Below the pieces are notes generated by a model. The model made no database searches, was not told the DNA's origin, and worked only from the letters and a program-made list of their open reading frames with translations. A program made the translations under genes and the position numbers. Below, piece by piece: positions 51,260 to 64,000 of a stretch of DNA of 64,000 nucleotides (position 1 is the first letter of the stretch; every line of letters begins with the position of its first letter). This DNA is from Vicugna vicugna (taxonomy: Eukaryota), in NCBI GenBank assembly GCA_013265495.1, contig MU058213.1, forward strand, positions 372,001 to 436,000. Reading direction: 5' to 3'.

Positions 51260-52730
51260 ACACAGAACAAACTTCACTATTAATGGTGAAACATTAGAAG
51301 CATTTCTTTTGAGAGCAAGAATAAGAAAAGGAAGGCTTCTGTTACTCCATTTAATGCTTCTGAATGCCTGTGTCAATGCAATAAGAAAAGGAGGGATAAA
51401 GGGAAATGAAGATTATCTGTTATTTACCAATAATAAGCAATACTAAAATGTTTACAGGTAACATAAATAATGTCTACATTGGAACTGTTCAAACTGTAAG
51501 ACACAGGATCAATGTGCAAATACTAATTGCATCAATCAAACAAAATATCGTGGAAAAGACCTTTTAGATACAAAAAAAAATCTAGGAATAAACTTAACAA
51601 AAAAGAAGCATGCTTTATATAGAAAAATTAGTACATTCTGGCAAAGGACATAAAAGATGATGTAAACAAAAATAAAGATATACCATGTTTATATATGAGA
51701 AGATGCAAAATACTGAAAATATCCTTTCCAAACTAAAACATAAATTCATTCAAATTCCAAACAAAATCCCTATAGGATTCTTTAAGGACATGACAGGCTT
51801 ATATTAAAATATGCATGGAAGATGAAGGGCTAAGAAGAGCCAAGACATTCCTGGAAAAGAATGAGGAAGGGAGACTTACCTTCACAATTATCAAGACTTA
51901 TAACAAGTGATGAGAACTGAGCCATTGTGGTAGTGATGCTGGGAAGCACAAATATGACAGAGAAAGCCCAGAAACAGACCCACACATAACAAAGAAGTTA
52001 ATCTACAACAGTAAATGCTGCTGCCACAATTAGTCATCCATGTGGGGAAAAAAATGAAGCTAGATACTGTATACCAAAGACTGATTAAATATATAATTGG
52101 GAAAAGCAAACTTTAACACTTTTATAATATCTTTATAATCTTGGCTATCTGAGTTCAGAAACTGCATAAATCCTGATAGCAAAGACTGTTTTATTTGTAA
52201 CATATGCAACCAACCAAAGATTAATATCTAGAATATTTAAAGAGCTAATTATTACAGAATAAGAAAAAGACATAATCCAATGGCATGGCTAGAATTTTAT
52301 AGAAGAAAAAAATCATAATTGTGACTAAATGTATAAAAAAATGCTCAACCTCATTAATATCAGAAAAATTCACATTAGGACCATGAAGAGTAACTCATTT
52401 ATACTCATCAGATTCACAAAAGCTAAGTTTGACAAGACTAGGTATGGGTAAAGATAGTATGCGCTGCTGGGAGAAGTACCATTTGGTACAGTCACTTTGA
52501 ACACTCTGCCATTATCTTGCAAAACTATACATGTGCGTTCCTTACAAATCAGAAATTCCAGTGCTAGAAGCCATATATGCCCCATTGAAAATCTTATGCC
52601 TATATATCAGGACACATGTGAGAATGTCCATAGCAGCATCATTCAGAATAACAAAAACTGGAAACGATCAGTTATTCATTAGCAGAACTGGTAAGTACAT
52701 TGTGCCATATTTATATAATTGCATATTTTA
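51260..52730 (+). mobile_element. Old degraded L1 (ORF2 to 3' region)
   Basis: Remnants such as INGETLEAFLLR, ggaataaacttaacaa, cccagaaacagacccacaca; many stops. Confidence 0.75.
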
Positions 52731-52734
52731 ACAG

Positions 52735-55105
52735 CCTTATTGAGAAATAATTCACATACCAAACAACTCACCCATTTAAAGTGTATAATTCGATGTTTTC
52801 TTCACATTCATACTACATGATCAGTTTTCTTAATCGTGGTAAAAATATATCTAATATAAAATTAACCACTTTAACCATTTTTGAGTATACAATTTAGTGG
52901 CACAAATTACATTTACAATGTTGTGTGACCATCAAACAATCTAATTCCAAAATGTTTTCATTACTCCAAACAGAAACTATAAACACTAAGCAATAACTTC
53001 CTATTCCTGCTTCCCCCAGCCCCAGTAACCTCTAATCTACTTTCTACCTCTATGAATTTTCCTATTCTAAATATTTCATATAAATAGAAACTTAAAATAT
53101 TTGTCCTTTTGTGTACAGCTTGTTTCACTTAACATAATCTCCTCAAGATTCATCCATGTTGTAGCCTGTGTCAGAACTTCACTCCTTTTTATGGTTGAAT
53201 AATATTTCATTGTATGGATATATCATATTTTGTTTGTCCATTCATCTGCTGGTGGACACTTGGGTTGTTTCTACCTTTCGGCAATTGTAAATAATGCTGC
53301 AAAAAACATCAGTGTATAAGTATCTGTCTGAGTCCTAACTTTCAGTTTCTTTGGATAGATACCTAGGAGTGAAACTGCTGGGTCATATGGAAATTCTATG
53401 TTTAGCTTTTCCACCAAACTTTTTTCCATACCAGCTGCATCATTTCACATTCCCATTTGCAGCAATGTATAAGGGTTTCAATTTCTCCACATCTTTGCCA
53501 ACAAATATTTTTCCCAGTCTGTGACTTGCCTTTTCATTCTTTTAACAGTGTCTTTCTCAGAGCTGTTTTTAACCTTAATAAAGCTCAACTTACCAATTTC
53601 TTCTTTCACAAATCTGCTTTTGGTGTTGTATCTAAAAAAATCCATCACCAAATCCAAAGTCACCTGAATTTTCTCCTATGTTATTTCCCATAAGTTTTAT
53701 AGCTTTGTGTTTTGAATTTAGGTCTGTGATCCATCTTGAGTTAGTATTTGTGATTGGTGAAAAGAATTGTTTAGATTTATTCTTTTACTTGCAGATGTCT
53801 GGTTGCTAAGCACTATCTGTTGAAAAGACTATCCTTTCTCCATTGAATTGCCTTTGATTCTTTGTCAAAGGTCAGTTAACTATATCTGTGTGAGTATACT
53901 TCTGGGCTCTCTATTCTGTTCCAATGATCTATTTGTCTATTTTTTCACCAATACCACACTGTCTTGATTATTGTAGCTTTAGAGTAAGTTTTGAAATTTA
54001 ATAGTATTTTGACTTTGTTCTTCCTCTTCAGTATTGTATTGACTAGTCTAGGTCTTTTGCCTTTCCATATAACCTTTGAGATTAATTAGTTGATATCTAT
54101 AAAATAACTTACTCAGCTTTTGATTGGGATTGCACTGAATCTATAGGTCAATTTGGGAAGAACTGACATCCTAACAATACTGAGTTTTTCTATCTATGAA
54201 CATGAAATACCTCTCCATTTATTTACATATTCTTTGATTCTTTTCATCAGAGTTTTAAAGTTGTTTGCCTCATATAGATATACATACAACTAAGTATTTT
54301 CTTTCTTTCTTTTTTTGGTTTTATAGTAAATGGTGTGTTTTTTATTTCAAATTATAATTACAGGCAAGCAATTGCCTTGGTATACTGACCTTGTAACTTA
54401 TAACCTTGTTATAATCCCTTTGGGATTTTCTACATAGACAATCATGTCATCTATGAATGAAGACAGTTTTACTTCTTCCTTCCCAATTTATGTATACCTC
54501 CCCTCCCCTTCTCGTCTTACTGCATTAACTAGGATTTTCAGTATGATGTTGAATAGGAATAGTGAGGGGACACATCCTTGCCTTGTTTCTGATCTTAGGG
54601 GAAAGCGTCTAGTTTCTCACCGTTAAGTATGAGGACATTCCCTTCTATTCCAAGTTTGCTGGGAATGAATAAATGTTGGATTTTATCACATGGCTTTTCT
54701 ATATCTATAGATATGATCATATTTTTTTCTTTGTAGCCTGTTGATATGATGGATTATATTAATTGATTTTTTGAACATTAAACGAGCTTTGCATACCTGG
54801 AATGAATCCCACATAATAAGATTTCTTTTTTTTTTTCAGTAAGATTCTTTTTATACATTGTTGGACTCAATTTATTAATATTTTGTTGAAGATGTTTACA
54901 TCTTTTTTCATGAGAGAGATACTGACCTTTAATTTTCCTTTCTTATAATGTCTTTGTCTGGTTTTGGTATTAGGGTAATAGTGGCCTCATAGAATGAGGT
55001 AGGAGGTATTCTTTCTGCTTCTATTTTCTGGAAGAGACTGTAGAGAATTGGTATCATTTCTTTCTTAAATTCTTGTTAGAATTCACCAGTGAAACCATCT
55101 GGGCC
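52735..55105 (-). mobile_element. Antisense L1M cluster (3' ends plus ORF2 RT region)
   Basis: Antisense L1 3'UTR at 52735-53500, ORF2 to gaattcaccagtgaaaccatctgggcc (rc GPDGFTGEF). Confidence 0.85.
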
Positions 55106-57495
55106 ATAATAAAGCTAAAAAGGATTGGAGGAAAAATAAGTGAAATGGTGACTAGAAAAACAATAGAGAAAATTGACAAAAACAAATGTTGGTTCTTTGA
55201 AAAGATCAACAAAATTGACAAATCTTTAGCTAGACTGACCAAGAAAAAAAGAGAGATACATATACTAAAAGTAGGAATGGAGGGGACATCCTACTGATCT
55301 TATAGAAATAAAAAGGATAATAAAGAAATGTTATGAACAACTGTTTGCCAACAAACTAGATAACTTAGATGAAATGGATACATTCCTAGAAAGACAGAAA
55401 CTAACAAAAAAAAAAACTCAAGAAGAAATACATATTCTGAATAGATGTATAACAACCAAAGAGACTGAATTAGTAATTTTAAGATTTCCTAAAGAAGTTG
55501 TGGTATATTTATACAATGGAATACTACTCAGCCATAAAAAAGAATAAAAGCGTGCCATTTGCAGCAACATGGATGGACCTAGAGATCATCATTCTAAGTG
55601 AAGGAAGCCAGAAAGAGAAAGAAAAATACCATATGATATAATTTATATATGGAATTTAAAATGAAAAAGAAAAAAAAAGAACACTATGAACTCATCTACA
55701 AAACAGAAACAGACTCACAGACATAGTAAACAATCTTATAGTTACCAGGGAAAGGAGGTGGGAAGGAATAAATTTGGGAGTTTGAGATTTACAAATGTTA
55801 GCCACTATATATAAAAATAGATCTTAAAAATTTTTTTCTTCTGTATAGCACAGGCAACTATGTTCAATATCTTGGAATAACCTTTAATGAAAAAGAATAA
55901 GAGAATGAATAGATATATGTATTGCATGACTGGGATATTGAGCTGTACATCAGAAATTAACACACTGTAACTGTACTCCAATTCACAAAAAATTTTTCCA
56001 ACAAAGAAAAGCCAAGGTTCAGATGGTTTCATTGGTAAATTCTACTAAACATTTAAAGAGTTAGTAACAATCTTTCACAAATACTCCCAAAAAACAGGAG
56101 AGGAAGGAACACTTCTTAATTCATTGTGTAAGCCTAGTATTACTTTGATACCAAAACTAGTCAAAGCATTAAATGAAAAGAAAACTACAGACCAATACTT
56201 CTTATGAATATGAACACAACAAGTTTTCAACAAAATACTAGCAAATCAAATTCAACAATATATAAAAAGGATTATATACCATGACCAAGTAGGATAAATC
56301 TCAGGAATGAATAGTTAATTTAACATCTGAAAATCAGTGTAATGTACCATATTAGTAGAATAAATGGGAAAAAAACACATGATTATCTTAACAGACACAG
56401 AAAAAGTCTTTGATGAAATTCAACACCCTTTCATGATTAAAGCATTGAACAAAGTAGGAATAGAAAGGAACTTTCTCAAACTGATAAAGGGCATTTATGA
56501 AAGGATACTAACAAGAGAGCAGAAAAAAGGACAACCCACAAAATAGGAGAAAATATATGCAAATCATATCTGATAAGGAACTTATAATCAGAACATATAA
56601 AAAAGTTTATAGATCAATAATAAAAAGTGAAATAATGCAATTAAAAAGCAGGCAAAAGATTTCAATAGACACTTCTCCAAAGAAAATATAAAAATGGCCA
56701 ATAAGTACACGGAAAAAATATTTGACATCGTTAGTCATTGAAGAAACGGGTATCAAAATCAACAATAGTTAGCCGCGTCATGCCAAGTGAGATGGCTATA
56801 ACAATACTTTTTTAAAAGACACATTAACAAGTGTTGGCAAAGATATAGAAAAACTGGAACCCTCACACATTACTGGTAAGAATATAAAATAATGCAGCTA
56901 CTTTGAAAAACAGTTTGGCAGTTCCTCAAAATGCTAAACATAAGGTTACCATATGACCTAGGAATTCTACTCCTAGGCATATACCCAAGAGAAATGAAAA
57001 CATATGTCTCTACAAAAAATTATGCACAAATGTGCATAGCAGCATTATTCATAACAGCCAAAAAGTAGAAACAACCTAAATGTCCATCAGCTGAAAAATA
57101 AAGAAAATGTGGTATATCCAAACAGTGAAATGTTATTGGCCATAAAAAAGAATGAAGTGCTGAAACATACTGCAGTACGAACCCTGAAAACATACTAAGT
57201 GAAAGAAACCAGTCACAAAAGACCCCATGTTATATGATTCCATTTCTGTGAAGTACCTAGAATAAATAAATCCAGAGAAAATAGAAAATAGATTAGTGTT
57301 TGTCAGGGTCTGGGAGTGTAGGGAGAAGACAGTGACTGCTAATATGTAATGTGGGGTTTTGAAAATGTTCTGCAGTTAGACTGGGTTACATAACAGTTAC
57401 ATAACTCTGACTATACTAAAAACCATTGAATTGTACACTTTAAAAGGGTAAATTTATGGTATGGAAATACATCTCAATAAAGCTGTATTTTAAAA
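55106..57495 (+). mobile_element. Sense L1M (ORF2 to 3' end) containing a younger L1 3' end at about 55493-55990
   Basis: [34 protein letters not shown]2 motifs; nested 3'UTR of the same type as 45434-45710. Confidence 0.85.
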
Positions 57496-57506
57496 AAACA
57501 AAGATC

Positions 57507-57866
57507 ATCCAGCCATAAAAAGAATGAAATCTTGCCATCTGTGACAACACGGAATGGAGCATTATGCTAGGTGAAATAAGTCAGACAGAAAAAGATAATT
57601 ACTGTATAATCTCATTTACATGTGGAATCTAAAAAACAAAACAAAAAACCAAGCTCGTAGACACAGAGAACACATTGGTAGCTGCCAGAGGCAAGGAGCG
57701 GGGAGTGTATGAAATGGGTGCAGGGGGTCAAAAGGTACAAATTTCCAATTATAAATTAAGTAAGTCATGGGGATGTAATGTACAGCATGGTGACTATAGA
57801 TAATATACTATATTTCATATTTGAAAGTTGCTAAGAGAGTAGATCTTAAAAAGTTCTTATCACAAG
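57507..57866 (+). mobile_element. L1MA9-like 3' end
   Basis: ggggatgtaatgtacagcatggtgactata...gttgctaagagagtagatcttaa. Confidence 0.75.
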
Positions 57867-58867
57867 GAGAGGGGTCAAAAGGTACCCCCAAAACGCAGAG
57901 AGAATGGTTTAATAACGCTCCATCACTCAGCTTCAACCATTATCAAGTCATGGTCTATCTTGTTTCATCTACACTCCCACCCTGCACCCCTACCACTATG
58001 CTCACACTGGATTATTTTAAAAGCAATTCTCAGCTGTTACTTCTTCTGTAAATATTCAGTATTTTTTTAGTAATATTCAGTAGTATCTTTCCAAAAGATA
58101 AGAACTCTTTAAAGACAAACAATATGATACCATTAGCATATCCAAACAACTTTAAAATACCTTCATATAATCAGATATCCTATGTTCACATTTCCCCCAA
58201 TTGTCTCATAAATGTGATTTTTCAACATCTGCTTTGTTCAGATCAAGCTTGACACACTGCATTTGGTCATTGTCTCTTATGTTTCTATGTATCTACAGGC
58301 TCTTCTTTCTTTCTTTCTTTCTTTCTTTCTTTGTCTTGCAATTTATTTATTGAGGATATGGGTTGTCATGGAGAGTTTCCCACATTCTGGATTTTGCTGA
58401 TTGCATCACTGTGGTGCCATTTAACATGATCACTATTATATAGTGATTCCCTTTGAAATGCTTGTTGCCAGTTACACCATAAATATGACTTAATTCATGG
58501 TTCATCAACATAGTCACCACTCCTTTAGTGCTTATCCTTTGTAGCATACTTGACACAAATGATCTCATTTCATCTTCATAACAAACCCGTGTGGTACTAT
58601 TACCCCCAGTCTAGAGATGAAGAAAATGAGGCTGGGAAAGGTTAAAGAAATTTGACCACAGTCAAGCAGGCAATAAATACATGGGTTTAAGTCAGGTCTG
58701 TTTGGATTTGAAACCACAGTTGAGCCACAATTAAAATGCATATTTCTATCCATTATGTGCTAATATCCCAGCCTTTGCCTTGGGCTGTGGGTTTTGTTTG
58801 TATCAACTCTGGGAAGTAGTCCTTCAGTCCATCCAAAGGACTTACTATCATATTTCATCTGTAACAC

Positions 58868-59440
58868 CTAGCATTCTTTCAGCTTCAAGTAACAGAAAAC
58901 TGTATCTCAAATTGACTCAACAATAAGGATATTCATTATCTTATATAACAAGAAATCCAGAAGTAGGGCAGCACCAGGGCTGATTGATTTACTGACTCAA
59001 CAACAACATCACAGACCCAAGTTCATTCTCTTTACTCTGCCATCATCAGTGTGTTGGCTTTGTCCTAAGACTGGATCCCCTGATGGTTCTAAGATAGCTA
59101 TTCTAGATTCAGGTAACGAAGCCAGATGCAACAACATCCCATGGAGATGGTGGCATGTTTCCCTGTATGGCTCTATTTAAGAGCAAGAAAACCTTTCCCA
59201 GAAGGCCTTCAGCAGACCCCCTCCTCGGGTCTCATCGGCCAGAACTGGGTCACGTGCCTACCCCTAATCTCTCAGTGGCCACTCAACAGGATTCTATTTC
59301 CTTTGCCCATGATAGGTTTAGCAGTGTGCCTCTGAGATGGTAACAGGTCATGTTCCCTAATGGGTGAACATCTGAACAGGCTTCTGTATAGAAGGAAGGG
59401 GGGAATGGATGCTGAGCAGGCAAACAACAGTATCTACTAC
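58868..59440. mobile_element. MLT1J-like LTR
   Basis: ttagc/ctagcattctttcagcttcaagtaacagaaaac...ggccagaactgggtcacgtgcctaccc. Confidence 0.6.
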
Positions 59441-59485
59441 ATGTTTCTAATGAGGCATGCTACATATTCCATTGTGAATTTACTG

Positions 59486-59590
59486 GGTTTTTCTCACCAT
59501 TTCTTTTTTTTAACGGAAGTACTGGGGACTGAACCCATGACCTGGTGCATGCTAACCATGTGCTCTACCACTGAGCTATACCCTCCCCTC
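59486..59590 (-). mobile_element. vic-1-like SINE
   Basis: Reverse complement of the consensus; TSD tgaatttactg at 59475-59485 and 59591-59601. Confidence 0.88.
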
Positions 59591-61566
59591 TGAATTTACT
59601 GTTGATATATCAGCCTCCTCATCTGCATGAAGAAAAGGCCAGACAAGATGATCTGTAAGATCCCTTTCAGCTCTAGGAGTTGTGTTCCAGTTTTACATTT
59701 TCATGTAAGTAGGACTGGGACTGTTGGTTAGCTCTTGTACCTCTGTTTTGGCTGCCAATTATGACTTCCACCTAAGAAATCATATCGATGCCTGCTTCCT
59801 TTCACAGTCTTTATCTGAAGCAATGCTCCATTCATTTCATCACATGCAGGCATCTTCCTTGTGAGGAACCACAGGAAAGCCAAAGAGAAAGATAGTACCC
59901 CACCACGTATCTTTGCTATATCAAACCTTTGCTACCTTTTCTTCTAATCTGAACAAAATTGGTTTATTATTTTCCGCTTATGCTTACCATCAGCTTTCTC
60001 CAGGGAAGCTACAAGCTTGATCTCTAAGCCATCCTATTCTTATTTAACAGAAAACTATGACTTGTGACAAATGCACAACATAAAAATGTCAAAGACCTCC
60101 GGTCTGTTACACAAGACATTTGGAATGACAAAATACACAGGAAATTTTAGGAATGAGATTGAAACTGGTTTGGTCACACCTCCATTTCATTTAACTCTTT
60201 CCAGCTCAGATTTGTTGTTCTGGTGAGGAGGCCCAGGGTGTAGTCTATCACAGTTGATAGTGGAAACAACATTTGTCTCTCAGCCAGCAACTACAGTGTG
60301 CCATTGTTCACCATGATAGTTTCAAAGAGCCTTGGGGAATTAACTTTATTTTCCCAGTTGGCTCTCCTGCCAGGGAAGGTATGGCCCTGTTTTGAAATGT
60401 CAAGGAGGCTGAGAGTGCCTCCTTGGGGAAGGCTAGGTGGAAGGAGAGAAGGCTTCATGACCTTGAATAACTCATCACTTCTCTGTGCCTCTTAAAACTC
60501 CAAAGAAAATCCCCACTCTGCATCTCATAGGGTTGTTGCAAAAATCAAACAAAAACATGGATATGAAAGTACTTTCACAAATGCAAAGTGATGCTACAAT
60601 TTTCCGAAATGGAATTTTCTCTGCAGTACTTTTTTTTTTTAATCACATGATTACCGCACAGGTCATGCCAGATTATGACGTTTTCACCTCCATTCACCCT
60701 TTGCCTATTTCAGAGATTATGCCAGCAATGCAGCATCCACCCCTTTAGTTCATTTTCCTTCCACCACATCTGGAAGATGCAAATTCCACCATAATGTGAA
60801 ATATTGCACTGGAAGTATGCAGCAAGGGTTCAAAAAAGGAGTGATATCACATCTAATTAGAAAAATCTTCTAGAAGGTAATCCTATCATGCCATATATTT
60901 TCAGAACTTCAGTCTTTGTTCTGTTACCCCATCCCACTTCCATGCTTCAGAGACAAGACAGTATTTCCTCTGTCTTTATAAACTCCCAAGAAAGTGGCAG
61001 AGAGGACACATCACAGTACCTATTCAGGATGAAGCGAGCCGGTTAAATGGCTGACAATAGCAAACCCGGTGGGTTTTAACATTTATTTACCCAGACCAAA
61101 GAGGCTGGCTATCTTCGGTTTAGCATTATACACACGTAGGGCTTTCTGGGCAGGAAGTGTGCCCAAGTGCTCCCTTGTAACTCCTGAGGAGAAAACCTCT
61201 ATCGAGTACGTGCGAAGTGCCAGACGCAGGTGCTTTCACATATGCACCTAATATGCATTTAGTCCTCACGTGTCTCAAGCTTTATGCCTACTTTGCAGAT
61301 GAGGATGCTAAGGCTCAGAGAGGCTGTTACCCAGCCTCTCCACAAGTGAAGCCACTGCGTGTGCGTGGGCTCTCGAACGTCCTCGCCGACAAACTTCAGG
61401 TCAGCCTCGCTATCCCCCACCTCCCTACCCCCCCAGGCACGTACCCCAGCTACTCCTCCTTCGCATGCCCCGCCCCAGGCCCGCGTAAAGCCAGTAAACC
61501 TAGGGCCGGCCTGGTCTGGAACTGAGCCCGTGTGAACAAGGCTTCCACGTAAAGATGCTCACTCAC

Positions 61567-61720
61567 CCAACTGCTCCTCACAAGCTCAGAAAGCCTTAGC
61601 CGCCCACCCTGTCTGGAGCGCCGAGCTTCTCAAGAGTCCGCACAGCCTGGTACCAAGGCTGAGGTCCTCCTCGCCCGCAGAGCGGTTCCGGGGTCGGAAC
61701 GCAGGCTCTGGGCGAGGTCG
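61567..61720 (-). other. LYSMD2: Probable alternative non-coding first exon of LYSMD2 (5' end approximate)
   Basis: Minus-strand consensus donor TTGG|gtgagt at 61567/61566 at the left edge of the CpG island. Confidence 0.5.
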
Positions 61721-61819
61721 CCTGAAGGGGAAGGGGCTGTGGGGAAGCCGCGGGCGGCCGCCAAGCGGGCAGGGGTCCCGCCTCCGCGCGCCCGCCGCGC
61801 GCCCGCCGCGCGCCGCCCG

Positions 61820-62002
61820 GAACTACGCTTCCCAGCCTGCTCCGCTGCGGCCGCGCGCCCCAGCGCCGTGCCCGGCCGGGAGCCGCCTGTTGATCGCCGC
61901 GCTCGCCCCGGCCGCGGCGCCGCCCTGCTCGCCGGCCCCGCTACCTGGGGGCAGACGGACTGACGGCCCGCACCGCCGGCTCCGGGATGGGCGCACAGAC
62001 GG
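61820..62002 (+). other. TMOD2: Probable non-coding first exon of tropomodulin 2 (start approximate)
   Basis: Donor ACGG|gtgagc at 62002/62003 inside the CpG island; identity inferred from synteny only. Confidence 0.55.
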
Positions 62003-63530
62003 GTGAGCGCGCCGGGGGTGGGTGTGGGCCCACCCCCCGCCCCGGGCGAGATGCGGTCCGCAGTCCCCGGCCCGCAGCGCCGGGCGGCCGCGCCCTCCCT
62101 GCCCGCCGGAGGATGCTCGGCGGCGTCGGCGTTCGGCCGGGCGGGCGCGCGGGACCGGGGCCGTCTCTGGCCTCCCCCGCCTGGCGGGCGGCGGGGAGGA
62201 GAGCGCGGGGCAGGGCGGCGCGGGCGGGAGGCGCCCGCCGGGAGCGGTCCCACGCCCTGCACTGCGGCTCCGCCGCCTCTGCAGCCCCCGAGCCGCCGCA
62301 GTGAGGGCGCGGTCTCCTGTCCTCCCCGAGCTGCGGGGCTGGGTTTTTCCACGCTGGGCTTTGTTCCCCACTTTCTCCTCTCCTGTGAACGTTTGACAAG
62401 CTCCTGGAGCCTAATGCCTGTCATTGCAGCCTTAGAGCAGGCGACAGGGAAGGGTGGACTCCCGCTGGAGCTGTCACCCGCGGGGCGTTTCAGCCTCCGA
62501 GAAAGCAGCGTTCCAAGAGCGGCCTGAAGCAGGTCCTGAGACTTCTCTTTTTTTTCCTGGTTAAAATAATGATAGCATTTGCTCCCTTGAGCCCTCCTAA
62601 ATTTTATTCTGTTGACTTACAGAAATGAAGATTGATTTTTTAAATAATAACAACAACAACAACAACAATAATAATAGTGATAAGGGCTTCTAATGGGAAT
62701 TTTGACTTAAGGTGTTCAGAGATGGGAAGGTGATGCAGGCAAAATGCAAATTAGCAGTGAAGGAGGCCGTAAATGCTACAGGCTTCCTTTTGCCTACTAA
62801 ACATCTGAATCACCAGGTCCTTGATTGGGAAGGGAATGAAAAGAACATCGGAGCAGGTATTTATAAAACCCATTTCCAGCCTGAGCTCTTCCCTTAAGGA
62901 GCTGAGGGATCCCAAGGGACAAGTCCCTTCGCGTCTCTTGGCCTCTTTCTCCATGTAAAATGGGGACATTCTGGCTAAATGATTTCTAAACCTCTGTTCT
63001 GCCAAGATTCTCATATCATGGAGCTGAAACGATGAGGGTGCTTCTGTTCAATAGCATTGCAAAAAGCCTGCTTGTGACAGAACAAGTGGCTTTACCCTAG
63101 TGAGGAGGTAAGATTTGTCAGGGCTTAGACTATCTGATTTAAAAAAAAAAACAAACAGATTTCCTCTATCTACGCTCTGCAGTCTAACCCAGTAAATATC
63201 ATTACAACTTTTTTAATTTTTGTAAATTACTCTAAATTGGTAGACAACATTCTGTGGGTTTTTTGTTTGTTTTTAATTTGCAGAAGGTGAAGTGATGGGA
63301 TTAGCAGGTAAACGAAGAAGCAGATGGCTCCCTAGGGCTGGGCAAGAGCTGTCAGATGTGGTCAGCAAGGAGGTAGTGAGGAAACTGCAGCAAGAAGTAA
63401 CCAGAGAGTACATCCACTGAGGAGAGAGAGAGGATGGGTACTGATGGGTCATTGTTTGAATTGCAAATACACAATAGAAGGCACAAGAGAACCAGAAAAC
63501 CAGTGCTGTGTAACCCGAACACAGGATTCA

Positions 63531-63566
63531 TAATAATAATAATAATAATAATAGCAATAATAATAA
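63531..63566. repeat. Interrupted (TAA)n microsatellite
   Basis: Direct reading; a similar AAC/AAT tract lies at about 62643-62677. Confidence 0.9.
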
Positions 63567-64000
63567 CAGGGCAAGGATTCATCCATGGGCACAAACCTTT
63601 GAGCAAAAGGTTGTTGGGGAACAGGATTTTCATGCTATTTCAAAGTATCTCACCACAGATTACCTGGGGGAAATGTGTGCTTACAGTGGGGAGGTGAGGA
63701 AGTCATCACTCTTAGCCTAATAATCAAGCTTACCAGCGCCTATGCTGAGTCTTCTGTTGGGATACAATAAGAAGGTCATAACTTCCCTGGTGCGGTGTTC
63801 CTGTCAGAAAGACAATGGGGCTGGGATATTGTAGATTAAAATATTTAACTGATACAACAACCAGTTGGAGTATGAGAACTTTGGATCCTAGATCAGGAAA
63901 AAAAAATAGCTATAAAAGATGAGTTGGAGACAACTGGGGAAATCTGAATATGGGCTGCATGCTAGATAATGTTATGGAATTACTTTAATTTTCTCAGGTG

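Larger units (their letters stand above)
61350..62525. promoter_or_regulatory. TMOD2: CpG island, probable bidirectional TMOD2 / LYSMD2-alternative promoter
   Basis: Very high GC and CpG density; consensus donors face outward on both strands; gene order SCG3-LYSMD2-TMOD2 is known from human chr15 synteny (TMOD2 coding exons are not in the window). Confidence 0.75.

Noticed and set aside
55054..56546. ORFs with reverse-transcriptase-like peptides
   Set aside because: Fragmented L1 ORF2 remnants with stops and frameshifts; not an intact element or host gene.
61630..62527. Multiple overlapping ORFs (up to 264 aa) on both strands in the TMOD2 CpG island
   Set aside because: Stop-codon depletion expected at this GC content; ORFs in nearly all frames; no homology recognised.

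Overview
Mammalian genomic DNA, very probably a camelid (camel/alpaca/llama), judged from eight copies of a tRNA-derived vic-1-like SINE. The window holds: (1) nine coding exons (by analogy with human, exons 4-12) of SCG3 (secretogranin III) on the + strand, 52-31574, splicing into an intact 407-aa C-terminal frame; (2) the complete three-exon LYSMD2 CDS on the - strand (48313 to 35280, 217 aa) with its CpG-island promoter; (3) a second CpG island at about 61.35-62.5 kb. By synteny this is the TMOD2 promoter and non-coding first exon, with a divergent donor site for a probable alternative LYSMD2 first exon. The rest is intronic or intergenic DNA rich in L1, L2, MIR, MLT/LTR, MER DNA-transposon fossils and microsatellites. 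I found no evidence of a new multi-gene system. The most interesting observations are an apparent L1 3'-transduction bracketed by a perfect 14-bp TSD inside a MER20, a dense promoter/enhancer-like motif cluster in the last SCG3 intron, a strong-Kozak uORF upstream of LYSMD2, and unusual SCG3 splice acceptors. Repeat family names and orthologue comparisons come from memory of consensus sequences, not from database searches, and repeat boundaries are approximate.
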